This document shows, piece by piece, positions 1 to 10,276 of a DNA stretch of 64,000 nucleotides. The stretch is from an uncultured Candidatus Rokubacteria bacterium (lineage in GTDB: Bacteria > Methylomirabilota > Methylomirabilia > Rokubacteriales > CSP1-6). Position 1 is the stretch's first letter. Every line of letters starts with the position of its first letter. Under the pieces are notes generated by a model, which saw only the letters and a program-made list of their open reading frames with translations, did no database searches and was not told where the DNA came from. The DNA lies in assembly GCA_963762145.1 (NCBI GenBank), contig CAVXJS010000013.1:32001-96000 (forward strand), written 5' to 3'. Position numbers and translations under genes: made by a program.

Positions 1-1095
1 GGTGCGGACGCTCGGGCACTACGTGACGCCGCTCCTGCTCATCGGCGTCGGCTTCGGCCTCGGGGCCCAGCGGGAGGCGCTGCGCCGCGCCGAGCGCGCG
101 CTCGAGGGCCGGGTCGAGGCGCTCGAGCACGAGCTGGCCGATCAGGCGGTGCGCTTCATGGCCGCCACCGAGGCCAAGCACGAGCTGGAGCGGCGGGTGG
201 CCGATGAGCGCGCGTCGCTCTCGAGCCTCTACACCGCGGCCCGCGCCCTCGAGACGCTCGACGCGGAGCGCCTCTACCCCGCCATTGCGCTGACCGCGCG
301 CCGCTTTCTGCAGGCCGACGCCTGCCAGTGCTACGTGCTCGATGGCGCGCTCATGCGCCTCCGCGCCGCGGAGGGGCCGCCCCCGAGCGGTCGGAGATTC
401 CGCCCGACGAGGGGCTCGTGGGCCTGGCGGTGCGCCTCGGCCGGCCGGTCAGCGTGCGCGACGCCGCGGTGATCACCTCGCTCGACGACCTCCACACCGC
501 GAGCCTGCTCATGGCGGCCCCCCTGCTGGGTCCGCAGGGCACCCTGCTCGGGTGTCTCACCGTGACCGCGCTGCCCTTCCTGCGCCTCACCGCGGTCTCG
601 CTCGACCGCCTGGGCCTCGTGGCGGACTGGGGCGCGCGGGCGCTCGCGAACGCGCGCACGCATCAGGAGACGCGCGCGCGGACCATCGAGGACGACCTGC
701 TCGGCGCCTACACCTACGCGTACTACGAGCGCCGTCTCCACGAAGAGGAGATGCGCGCCGACCGCTACCGCCGGCCGCTCGCGGTGGTGATCTTCCGCGT
801 GCATCGCTTCGGAGCGGTGGAGCTCGAGCGCCGCATCGAGCTGGGGCGCGTGCTGGCGCTCGTCTTCTCGCGCACGCTGCGGGACGTGGACATCGTGTGT
901 CGCTACGCGACCGAGGACTCCTTCGCGATCATCCTGCCCGAGACCGCGCCCGCGCAGGCCGAGGTCGTGGTGGAGCGCCTCTCACGGGAGATCGGCAACT
1001 TCCACTTCGCCCCCTACGGCGACGAGACGCAGGATCTCGAGTTCTCGATCCGGGTGCTCGCGGTGCGGGAGCGGCCCGGGAAGGTGACGCCCTGA
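1..1095 (+). CDS. pelD: PelD-like c-di-GMP receptor (TM, coiled coil, GAF, degenerate GGDEF); 5'-partial, frameshift near 390
   Basis: ORFs 2..472 and 328..1095 join into TM + coiled coil + GAF + GGDEF-like domain. RxxD I-site (RDVD) is intact; active site reads RYATEDSF instead of RYGGDEF. Lies directly upstream of pelEFG. Confidence 0.8.
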
Positions 1096-2045
1096 ACGCC
1101 GCGCTCCGGGTGGCCTGGCTCGCGGAGGCGCTCGCGCTCGCGATCGCCCTCGCGGGGCCTTCGTGGTGGCCGCTCGCCCTCCTTGCGCACGTGGCCGCCG
1201 CGTGGCTGGCCGGCCGCGGGCTCGGCGACGGCCGGCGCGACGCCCGGTTCCTCTCCGCGTCGCTCGTGCTCGCCATGCCCGGGCTCGGCCTGATCGGGCT
1301 CAGCGTGATTCGCGCCTGGCGCCGGCGCGCGGCGCCGGCCGGGATGTACGCGGGCGCACACTCGGAGATGGCGGGGCTGCCGGGGCCGGGGCAGACGCCC
1401 GAGCCGGTGGACCGCGTCCTCGACTGGCTGCAGGCGCAGGTCTCGGTGCAGCCGGTGGCGGACCTCATCCGCGCCCCCGATCCGCGCACGCAGCGCTGGG
1501 GCGTGGGTCTGCTCGCCAAGCGGGGCGACGGCGCGGCGGTGGAGCTGCTGCGCGAGGCGCTGCGGGCCGACGATCGCGATACGCAGATCGCGGCCTCGGG
1601 CGCGCTGCAGCGGGTCGAGGAGCGGCTGGTGGCACGGATCGCGCTGGCCCAGGAGCAGCTCCAGCTCGACCCGGAGTCGCCCGAGCGGCTCATGGCGGTG
1701 GGCGACGCGTGCGTGGCCTACCAGGAGAGCCGGCTGCTGGAGGCGGCGATGGGCCGCCACTGGCTCGGCGAGGCGGAGGCCGCGTACCGGGCGGCCCGCG
1801 CACGCCGGCCGGAGTGGGCCCCGCCGGCCCTCGCGCTGGCCCGGGTGCGGTTAGCCCAGGGTGAGGTGGCGGAGGCGGAGGCGCTCGCCGCGGAGGCCCG
1901 CGTGGCCGCGCCGTCCACCGAGGCGGACCTGCTGCTCTCGGAGATCTTCTTCACGCAGGGCCGCTGGAGCGACCTGCGGGCGGTCTCGCGGGACGCGGTG
2001 GCCGCCGGCCGCGCCGACGAGACTCTCACGTGGTGGGCGGCGTGA
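1092..2045 (+). CDS. pelE: PelE-like membrane protein with HEAT/TPR-like helical repeats
   Basis: C-terminal ~318 codons of ORF 342..2045: N-terminal hydrophobic helices, HEAT-like segment (AVELLREALRADDRDTQIAASGAL), TPR-like helices. Sits between pelD and pelF. Start is CTG 1092 (overlapping the pelD stop) or GTG 1110. Confidence 0.7.
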   Translation: MNAALRVAWLAEALALAIALAGPSWWPLALLAHVAAAWLAGRGLGDGRRDARFLSASLVLAMPGLGLIGLSVIRAWRRRAAPAGMYAGAHSEMAGLPGPGQTPEPVDRVLDWLQAQVSVQPVADLIRAPDPRTQRWGVGLLAKRGDGAAVELLREALRADDRDTQIAASGALQRVEERLVARIALAQEQLQLDPESPERLMAVGDACVAYQESRLLEAAMGRHWLGEAEAAYRAARARRPEWAPPALALARVRLAQGEVAEAEALAAEARVAAPSTEADLLLSEIFFTQGRWSDLRAVSRDAVAAGRADETLTWWAA

Positions 2046-3550
2046 CCGCGACGCCGACGGCGCCCGCCGACGTCTGCCTGATCCTCGAGGGCACGTATCC
2101 CTACGTGACCGGCGGGGTGTCGGGCTGGATCCATCAGCTCGTCAACGCGCTCCCCGAGCTGCGTTTCGCCATCTTCCACATCTCGGCGACGAGCGGGGAG
2201 GTGCACGAGCCGCGCTACAAGATGCCGCCCAACGTGGTGAGCCTGGTGGACGTTGGCATCCACGGCGGCGACGAGCCGAAGGGCACGAGCCACACGATGG
2301 ATCCGGTCTCGTGGGAGACGATCCACCGCTACCACGAGGAGCTCAAGGACGGCCGGGCCGACGGGCTCGGCGATCTCCTCACGCAGATCTCCCCGCACCG
2401 GGGCGCCGGTCCGTCGGTCCATGACTACATCTACGGCAAGCCCTCGTGGGACGTCGTGCGGCGCCTCTACGAGAGCCGGGCCCCCCACATCTCGTTCCTC
2501 GACTACTTCTGGACGTGGCGGTTCACCCACCTGCCGATGTTCCGGCTGCTCCACGCGCCGGTGCCGGAGGCCGCGCTCTACCACACCGTCTCCACCGGCT
2601 GGGCCGGGCTGGTGGCCGCGACCCAGCGCGTGCGCCACGGCCGGCCGATGCTGCTCACCGAGCACGGCATCTACTCGCGCGAGCGGCGGATGGAGATCGA
2701 CCAGGCGGAGTGGATCTACGTGCAGCAGCAGGCGCCCATGACGCTGTCGGCGGGGCCGGGCTTCTTCAAGGAGCTGTGGACCCGGCTCTTCGAGCACCTC
2801 TCGCGCATCACCTACGCGCACGCCGACCGCATCGTCACGATCTTCGAGGGCAATCGCCAGGCCCAGATCCGCGACGGGGCGGACCCGGCCAAGACGCAGG
2901 TGGTGCCGAACGGCATCAACATGGAGCCGCTCGCCGCGCTGCCGCGCGTGGCGGCGGGGCCGGGCGAGTTCCGCATCGGCTTCGTGGGGCGCGTGGTCCC
3001 GATCAAGGACGTGAAGACCTTCATCCGCGCGGTCAAGATCGTGAGCGCGGCCCTGCCCGGCGCGACCGCGGTGATCGCGGGGCCGGGCGACGAGGACCCC
3101 CAGTATCTCGACGAGTGCCGCGTGCTGGCCGCCACGCTCGGGATCACCGAGCGCGTGGAGTTCACCGGCCGCGTGGACGTCAAGCTGATCTACCCGCGCA
3201 TCGACGTGCTCGTGCTCACCAGCATCTCGGAGGGGTTGCCGCTCGTGATCCTGGAGGCGGCCGCGGCGGGCATCCCGGTGGTCTCCACCGACGTGGGCGC
3301 CTGCCGCGAGCTCCTCGAGGGGAGTCAGCCCGCGGACCGGGCGATCGGCCCGAGCGGGCTCGTGACCGGCCTCGCCGATCCGGGCGCCACCGCGCAGGCG
3401 ATGCTGACGCTCGCCCGCGATCCGGGATTGCGCGAGGAGATGGGCCGGGCGGCGCGGAACCGGGTGCGCGCCCACTACCAGGAGTCGGACCTGATCCGGC
3501 GCTACCGCGAGATCTACACCGACATGATCGGGCCGCGGGCGGCACGGTAG
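2042..3550 (+). CDS. pelF: PelF GT4 glycosyltransferase
   Basis: N-terminal DVCLILEGTYPYVTGGVSGW, LLTEHGIY, GRVVPIKD and SISEGLPLVILEA motifs. GTG start overlaps the pelE stop (GTGA). Confidence 0.92.
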   Translation: MTATPTAPADVCLILEGTYPYVTGGVSGWIHQLVNALPELRFAIFHISATSGEVHEPRYKMPPNVVSLVDVGIHGGDEPKGTSHTMDPVSWETIHRYHEELKDGRADGLGDLLTQISPHRGAGPSVHDYIYGKPSWDVVRRLYESRAPHISFLDYFWTWRFTHLPMFRLLHAPVPEAALYHTVSTGWAGLVAATQRVRHGRPMLLTEHGIYSRERRMEIDQAEWIYVQQQAPMTLSAGPGFFKELWTRLFEHLSRITYAHADRIVTIFEGNRQAQIRDGADPAKTQVVPNGINMEPLAALPRVAAGPGEFRIGFVGRVVPIKDVKTFIRAVKIVSAALPGATAVIAGPGDEDPQYLDECRVLAATLGITERVEFTGRVDVKLIYPRIDVLVLTSISEGLPLVILEAAAAGIPVVSTDVGACRELLEGSQPADRAIGPSGLVTGLADPGATAQAMLTLARDPGLREEMGRAARNRVRAHYQESDLIRRYREIYTDMIGPRAAR

Positions 3551-3556
3551 CCGGCG

Positions 3557-4973
3557 ATGGCGGGCATCGGCTTCCGGCTCAAGCGCCTCATCGTCGAGGA
3601 CAGCAGCACCGGCTGGCTGCGCGCCCACCTCTACGGCGCGGTCCTCTCGGCGGGGCCGTGGCTGCTCTCGATCTGCACGCTCGGGACCCTGGCCCTGTTC
3701 TCCCGCGACCTGATCGGGGAGGCGGCGCACGCGCGCTTCCAGGCGATCGTGGTCTACACCTACACGTTCTCGCTGATCACCACCGGCGCCGCCCACATGG
3801 TGGTGACGCGCCATCTCGCCGACGAGCTCTACGTGGGCCGCCTCGGGACCCTGGTGGTCTCGTACCGCTTCACGGTCGGATGGACCGCGCTGGCGCACCT
3901 CGTGCTCGGCGGGCTGTTCTACGCCCTCGCGCCGGGGCTCGACCCGGGCCTGCGCCTGTTCGGGGTCATGCTGCTGGTGGTGGTGTCGTGCACCTGGATG
4001 GTGATGATCTACCTCGGCGCGGCCCAGGACTACGCGAGCGTGGTGACCGCCTTCTTCGCGGGCAACGTGGTGAGCCTGGTCGCGGCCCTGGCGCTCGGCC
4101 ACTGGGTCGGCCTGAGCGGGCACCTGGGCGGATTCCTGCTCGGCCAGGCGGGCATCCTCTTCGTGCTGTGCGCGCGGGTGGAGCGCGAGCTCGCCGCGGT
4201 GCGCGCGCCGGAGACGGTGGACCTCACCAGCGCCTTCGTCCGCTACCCGGATCTGATCGCGGCCGGGCTCCTCTACAACGCGGCCATCGCGGTCGACCGC
4301 ATCGCGTTCTGGATCGCGCCCACCGGCCGCACCATCGCGGGCTGGTTTCACGCCTCGCTCTACGACACCCCGATCTTCCTGTGCTACCTTTCGGTGGTGC
4401 CGTCGCTCGCCATCTTCCTCGTCAGCGTCGAGACCGACTTCTACGATCGCTATCGCGAGTACTACGGCGTGGCCACCAAGCACGGCACCCTGCAGCAGGT
4501 GCTCGAGGCCAAGCGGGCCATGACCGCCTGCCTGCGCGAGGGCCTGCGGCGCATGCTGGTGGTGCAGGCCCCGCTGACCCTGCTGCTCATGGTGCTCGCG
4601 CCGTGGATCGCGGCGGAGCTCGCGCTCGACGGGCTGCAGCATCGGGATCATGCGCTGCGGGCTCGTGGGCGCGCTGTTGCACGTGCTCTGCCTCTTCGGC
4701 GGCATCGTGCTGCTCTACTTCGACCGGCGCCGCGCGGCGGCCGAGGTCGCGGGGATCTTCCTGGCCGCCAACCTCGTCTTCACCGTGATCACCCTGCTGG
4801 TGGGCCCGCGCAGCTACGGGCTCGGCTACCCGCTCGCCGCGCTGCTCGGGTGCGCGTGGGCCTACCATCGCCTCGAGCAGACCCTCGATGATCTGGAGTA
4901 CCTGACGTTCGCGGCGCAGCCGATGGCGCCCGAGGCCCCGGCCGTCGAATCGAGCCCGACCGCAGCCGCCTGA
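3557..4973 (+). CDS. pelG: PelG polysaccharide transporter (multi-TM); frameshift near 4640
   Basis: Typical MAGIGFRLKRL start, SAGPWL, YDTPIFL and VETDFY motifs. The C-terminus continues in frame 4650..4973. Confidence 0.9.
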
Positions 4974-6644
4974 TGGCACACCGCTCGGCGGGCGAGGCCA
5001 CGCTGGTGGCGGCCCTCCTGGTCCTGCTCGCCGCCGCCATCGTCTATCCGCTGCTCCAGGTGCTGTCGGTGGCGGTCCTGGACGCAGGCGTGCCCACGCT
5101 GCGCCCGCTGTCGCGTTCTTCGGCGCGTCCGCTCTTCCGCGAGGCGTTCGTGAACACGCTGCTGGCGGGAGTGCTCGCGGTGGTGATCGGCAGCGTGATC
5201 GCGGTGCCGCTGGCGCTCCTCACCGTGCGCTACCGATTTCCGGGGCGGACGCTGGTCACGGTGCTGGGCGTGCTGCCGCTCGTGATCCCGCCCTTCGTGG
5301 GCGCGGTGGCCTTCCAGCAGATCCTGGGACGGAGCGGCGCGGTGAACCTGCTGCTGCGCGAGCACGCGGGCTTCACGATCCCGTTCATGGAGGGCCTCAC
5401 CGGGGTGGTGCTGGTGCAGAGCCTCCACTACTTTCCGTTCATCCTGCTCAACACCGCGGCCGCGCTGGCCGGCCTCGACCGCTCGCTCGAGGAGGCGGCC
5501 CAGAACCTCGGCAGCTCCGGCCTGCGCCTCTTCCGCCGCGTGCTGCTGCCGCTGGCCCTGCCGGGCTACGCGGCGGGCGCGCTGCTCACGTTCATCCGCG
5601 TCATCGACGACCTCGGCACGCCGCTCATGCTGAACTACACGAAGCTGCTCGCCCCGCAGGCCTACGTGCGGGTGACCACGATCGGCCTCACCGACGTGGA
5701 CGGCTACGTGATCTGCGTGATCCTGGTGGCGCTGTCGCTCGGCGCGCTGGCCCTCTCCAAGGCGATCCTGGCCCGCGGCGAGTTCGCCGCGCTCGGCCGG
5801 GCCGGCGAGGCGCCGCCGGTGGTGCTGGGCCCGCGCGGCGCGCTGGTGGCGTGGGGGCTCGTCGCGCTGCTGCTGGGCCCCGCGCTGCTGCCGCACGTGG
5901 GCATCCTGCTGCTGTCGGTCTCGAAGGTGTGGAGCCTGACCCCGACTCCGAGCGTCTACACCCTCGGCAACTACGAGGAGATCCTGGTCCGCTCGCCCCA
6001 GTTCATCGCCAACACGCTGCGCTACGCGGGGCTCGCCGCGCTGCTCGACGTGGCGCTGGGCGCGGTGATCGCCTGGCTCCTGCTCCGCGGCCGCGTGCGG
6101 GGCCGGCAGTGGCTCGACACGATCTCCACCGTGCCGCTCGCCATCCCCGGCGTGGTGCTCGCGGTCGGCTACCTGCGCGCCTTCGGCTCGCTCCGGGTGC
6201 CGGGCCTGGGCGACCCGCTCACCTCCACGTGGCTGATCCTGGTGATCGTGTACGCGGTGCGGCGGCTGCCCTACGCGGTGCGCGGGGCCTACGCGGCGCT
6301 CCAGCAGCTCTCGCCCGCGCTGGAGGAGGCGGCCCAGAATCTCGGGAGCCAATCGCCCGCGCACCTTCCGGCGCATCACGCTGCCGCTGATGATGCGCGG
6401 GCTGCTGGCGGGCGGGCTGCTCGCGTTCATCACCTCCGCGGTGGATCTCTCGTCCACGATCCTGCTGGTGCCGCGGGTGGAGCTGGGGCCGCTGTCGTAC
6501 GGCATCTATCTCTACATGCAGTCGGCGGTGGGCCGCGGCCCGGGCGCGGCGCTCGGCGTGGTCGCCATCGTGCTGGTGGCGGCCGGGACCTGGGCCGCTA
6601 CCGCGCTGGCGCGGCGCTCCGGCGCGGCGCTCTTCCGGAGCTGA
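4973..6644 (+). CDS. Iron(III)/polyamine/thiamine-type ABC permease (FbpB-like, two TM domains); frameshift near 6350
   Basis: Two EAA motifs (LEEAAQNLG twice), LPLVIPPFVGA and PLAIPGVVLA. The C-terminus lies in frame 6390..6644. Confidence 0.85.
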
Positions 6645-6647
6645 CGC

Positions 6648-7828
6648 GTGACGCTACGCGCGCGGACCTGGGTCCTGCCCGCCTCGATGCTGCTGGGCAC
6701 CTTCGCGTGGTCGTTCGTGTACGTGAGCCTGCCCTTCCACATCCAGAAGATGTCCACCCTGGACGCGGCGGCGACGCTGCGCTGGACCGGGTGGGTGCTC
6801 GGCATCAGCCCGCTCATCACGGTCATCACCGCGCCGATCTCGGGACGCATCGGCGAGCGCATCGATCCCAAGCGCGGCTTCATCGCGGTGCAGGCGTTCC
6901 AGGGGCTGGGCTTCCTCGGCATGGCGCTCGCGCGCACGCTGCCCGAGATGCTGGTGGCCCGCGTGCTCCTGGGCTTGATGGGCGCGGTGTCCACCTTCGC
7001 CTTCATCATGGTGGGCCGCTCCGGGGGCGACGTGCGCCGTCAGGTGTCCTACATCCAGTCGGGCATGACGCTGGGGCAGGTGCTGGGGCCGGCGGTGGGG
7101 GCGGTGGTCGCGGCGCGCCTCGGGTTCCGGCTCTCCTTCATCCTGGGCGGCGTGATGCTCTGGGCCTGCTCGGCCCTCGTGGCCTGGGGGGTGCCGCCCG
7201 GGCAGCCGCGCGACCGCGAAGGCCGCGGGCGAGCGGCGGACGTCGCTGCGCGAGCTCGTGACCGCGTGCCTGGTGGTGCTCACCGGGTCCACCCAGATCT
7301 TCTTCCTCGCCGCGATCCTCCCGCAGATTCTCCCGCCGCTCGGGCGTGTCCGGGGACGCCACGCTCGAGGTGAGCGGGTTCCTCCTCTTGATCACCGGGC
7401 TGGCCGCCGCGCTCGGGGCGATGGCGGCGCCGCGCCTGGCCGAGGTCGTCGGCGAGCGGCGCGCGCTGATCTGGTTCCTCCTGGGCTCGTCGGTGCTGGT
7501 GGCCGCGCTCGGGGTCGCGGGCGACGTGTGGAGCTTCGGGGTGCTCCGCTTCCTGCAGGTGCTCTGCATCGCGCCGGTGTTCCCGCTCTCGGTGGCGGCG
7601 ATCGCGCAGCGGGCGTCCGGGGAAGCCATCGGATTCGTCAACTCGGCGCGGATCGGCGCGGCCTTCATCGGGCCGGTGGTGGCGACGACGCTGCTCTCGT
7701 CCGATGCCGCCCGCCGCCGTCTACCTGGTGCTGGCCGGAATGGGGCTGTCGGTGATCCCGCTCGTGGCGCGGCTCAACCGTCGCGCGCGCCGCGGGCGCC
7801 GTGGGGCGAGGGAGGTCGGAGCGCGTGA
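6648..7828 (+). CDS. MFS transporter; several frameshifts (~7230, ~7345, ~7703)
   Basis: MFS motif A-like GRIGERIDPKR, repeated as PRLAEVVGERR; ARVLLGL; GQVLGPAVG. About 12 hydrophobic helices spread over four ORF pieces. Confidence 0.75.
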
Positions 7829-8930
7829 GTCAGGACGAGCTGGTCCGGCTGTCGGAAGTGCGCATGGAGCACGTGGGCAAGCGCTACGGGGACCACTGGG
7901 CGGTGCAGGACGTCTCGCTCTCGATCCGGCCCGGGGAGTTCTACACGCTGCTGGGGCCGTCCGGCTGCGGCAAGACCACGCTGCTCCGGCTGCTCGCCGG
8001 GTTCATCACCCCGGACACCGGCCGCATCGTCGTGGACGACGAGCCGATCGACCCGGTGCCGCCGTGGAAGCGCAATCTGGGCATGGTCTTCCAGCACTAC
8101 GCGCTGTGGCCGCACCTCTCCGTGTTCGAGAACGTGGCCTTCGGCCTCCGCGAGCGCGGCGTGAGCGGCGCCGCGCTCACCACGCGGGTGGCCGCGGCCC
8201 TCGGGCAGGTGGGCCTCGCCGGGTTCGAGACGCGGCGGCCGTCCCAGCTCTCGGGCGGCCAGCAGCAGCGGGTGGCCCTGGCGCGGACCCTCATCATCCA
8301 GCCGCGCCTGCTCCTGCTCGACGAGCCGCTCTCCAACCTGGACGCGGTGCTGCGCTCGCAGATGCGGCTCGAGCTGGCGCGGCTGCACCGCGACGTGGGG
8401 ATCACCACCATCTACGTCACCCACGACCAGGCGGAGGCCCTCGCGCTGTCCACCCGCATCGCGGTGCTGAGCCAGGGCCGGATCGTGCAGGAGGGCAAGC
8501 CGGAGGAGATCTACTGGCGGCCCCGCAACCGGTTCGTCGCCGAGTTCGTGGGCGCCGCCAACCTGGTGGCCGGTGCGGGTGCTGGAGGTGCGGGAGACTG
8601 GGCGTGGTGGTGGACGACCGCCGGCGGCTCGCGCATCCCGGTGGCCTCGGGCGGGCACAAGTGGGCGGTCGGCGACCGCGGCCTGCTCTGCCTCCGGCCG
8701 GAGGCGCTGCGACTCGAGGAGGCCGAGCGCGCGCGGGAGGCATCCGCGGCAAGGTGGCGGGCCACGTCTTCGAGGGCGCGCGCCAGCTCTACGACGTCAC
8801 GATCCCGGGCGGCACGGTCCGCGTGGAGATGATCACCTCCGCGCAGCAGGGCCGGAGCTTCAAGCCCGGCGACGACGTCAAGATCGAGATCTCCCCGGAG
8901 ACCAGCGTGCTGCTGCCCGACGAGCCGTAG
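7825..8930 (+). CDS. ABC ATP-binding subunit, PotA/FbpC-like with C-terminal TOBE domain; frameshifts ~8570-8740
   Basis: Walker A GPSGCGKTT, LSGGQQQRVALAR, LLLDEPLSNLD, YVTHDQ. GTG 7825 follows GGAGG. The TOBE tail ends at 8930. Confidence 0.88.
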
Positions 8931-8964
8931 ACGGGTCGTGGGCGGACGACCGTCCGGCTGATTA

Positions 8965-9090
8965 CCGTTTAGTTCTTCAAGCTCTATCTAAATGCGGGGG
9001 CCCAGAAATGGCCCCCGCACTCCCCCAGTCTGCGGACGCTCGTTCCGGCGCTATCATGGCCCCCGCACTCCCCCAGTCTGCGGACAATCG
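8965..9090 (+). repeat. Intergenic repeat family A, copy 1 (REP-like hairpin, with an internal 30-bp direct duplication)
   Basis: Hairpin tgcgggggcc-N7-ggcccccgca at 8993-9019. atggcccccgcactcccccagtctgcggac occurs at 9008-9037 and 9056-9085. Homologous to 26873-26948 and 27978-28053 on the reverse strand. Confidence 0.85.
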
Positions 9091-9127
9091 CGGCGTTTCG
9101 GTGTACTCTTCGGCCCCGGGGGGGCTC

Positions 9128-9443
9128 ATGACCGACATCAGCGCCGCAGGACCTGAAGGCGAAGCTGGATCGCCACGAGCCGATCGTGCTGCTCGATGTG
9201 CGCGAGGACTGGGAGACCGCGCTCTGCCGCCTGGAGAACGCGACGCACATTCCCATCGAGGAGATCGAGTTCCGCACCACCGAGCTCGATCCCGCCGACG
9301 AGATCGTGGTGTACTGCCACCACGGCGTGCGCAGCGCCGCGGTGGCCAACTTTCTCCGCCAGCAGGGATTCAAGGCGGTGAACCTGGCCGGGGGCCTGGA
9401 TTTCTGGGCCCGCGCGATCGACCCGAAGATGAAGCGATACTGA
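9128..9443 (+). CDS. Single-domain rhodanese (sulfurtransferase); frameshift near 9145
   Basis: LLDVREDWE, active-site loop YCHHGVRS, NLAGGLDFW...DPKMKRY. ATG 9128 is one base out of frame with the rest. Confidence 0.85.
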
Positions 9444-9499
9444 AGGGCGGGTGAGCCGAAGGCGAGCTGAGCAAATACAAGGAAAGAAGCAAGGGAGAT

Positions 9500-10276
9500 A
9501 TGCAGGCAAAGCCCGAGTTCGTCCGCGTAGACCGTGAAGACGGTGTCGCCTGGGTGACCCTCGACCGGCCCCCGCTGAACCTGATCGTGCCCGAGATGGT
9601 GGAGGGGATCCGCGCCACCTTCGACGCGCTCCGCCGAGATCCGAGCGTCCGCGCGGCCGTGATCACCGGCGCCGGGCGGGCCACCACCGGCGGCATGCAG
9701 CTCCAGGTGCTGCGCGAGCTCACCCCGGGCTCGGCCAAGGCGTTCATCGCGAGCCTGCACGAGGCGATCGGCCTGGTGCACGACGCGCCGTTCCCGACCA
9801 TCTGCATGATCAACGGGGCGTGCCTCGGGGCGGGCTTCGAGCTGGCGATGGCCTGTGATCTGCGCACCGCGGCCGCGGGGGCGCTCCTGGGGCTGCCGGA
9901 GATTCGCGTCGGTATCCCCTCGGTGATCGAGGCGGCGCTCTTGCCCGGCATGGTCGGGCCGGGGCGGGCCGCGGAGATCCTGCTGACCGGCGACCCGGTC
10001 ACCGCGGAGCAGGCGCTCGCGTGGGGGCTGGTGAACCGGGTCGCGCCGCCGGCGAGTCTGCGCGCGGTGACCGTGGAGCTGGTGGGGCGGATCGTCGAGT
10101 GCGCGCCCACCGCGGTCCGGCTGCAGAAGGAGCTGATCGTGCGCTGGCGAAACACGGATCAGCGCACCGCGGTGGAGTACGGGGTCAACGCGTTCGGACA
10201 GTCCTTCGCCACCGGCGAGCCCCGGGAGGCCATGGACGCGTACCTCGGCAAGCGCAAGCCCCGCTTCGCTTCGTGA
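9500..10276 (+). CDS. Enoyl-CoA hydratase/isomerase (crotonase family)
   Basis: VTLDRPPLN and GACLGAGFELAMACD...LPEIRVG, with both catalytic Glu present. SD GGAG. Confidence 0.88.
   Translation: MQAKPEFVRVDREDGVAWVTLDRPPLNLIVPEMVEGIRATFDALRRDPSVRAAVITGAGRATTGGMQLQVLRELTPGSAKAFIASLHEAIGLVHDAPFPTICMINGACLGAGFELAMACDLRTAAAGALLGLPEIRVGIPSVIEAALLPGMVGPGRAAEILLTGDPVTAEQALAWGLVNRVAPPASLRAVTVELVGRIVECAPTAVRLQKELIVRWRNTDQRTAVEYGVNAFGQSFATGEPREAMDAYLGKRKPRFAS

Noticed and set aside
4973-7261. 762-aa permease with a long C-terminal extension
   Set aside because: This is frameshift read-through near 6350; the real C-terminus ends at 6644.
9008-9085. Two identical 30-bp repeats with a spacer, resembling a mini-CRISPR
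   Set aside because: There are only two units, the spacer is 18 bp, no cas genes are present, and the unit is part of dispersed repeat family A found elsewhere in the window.
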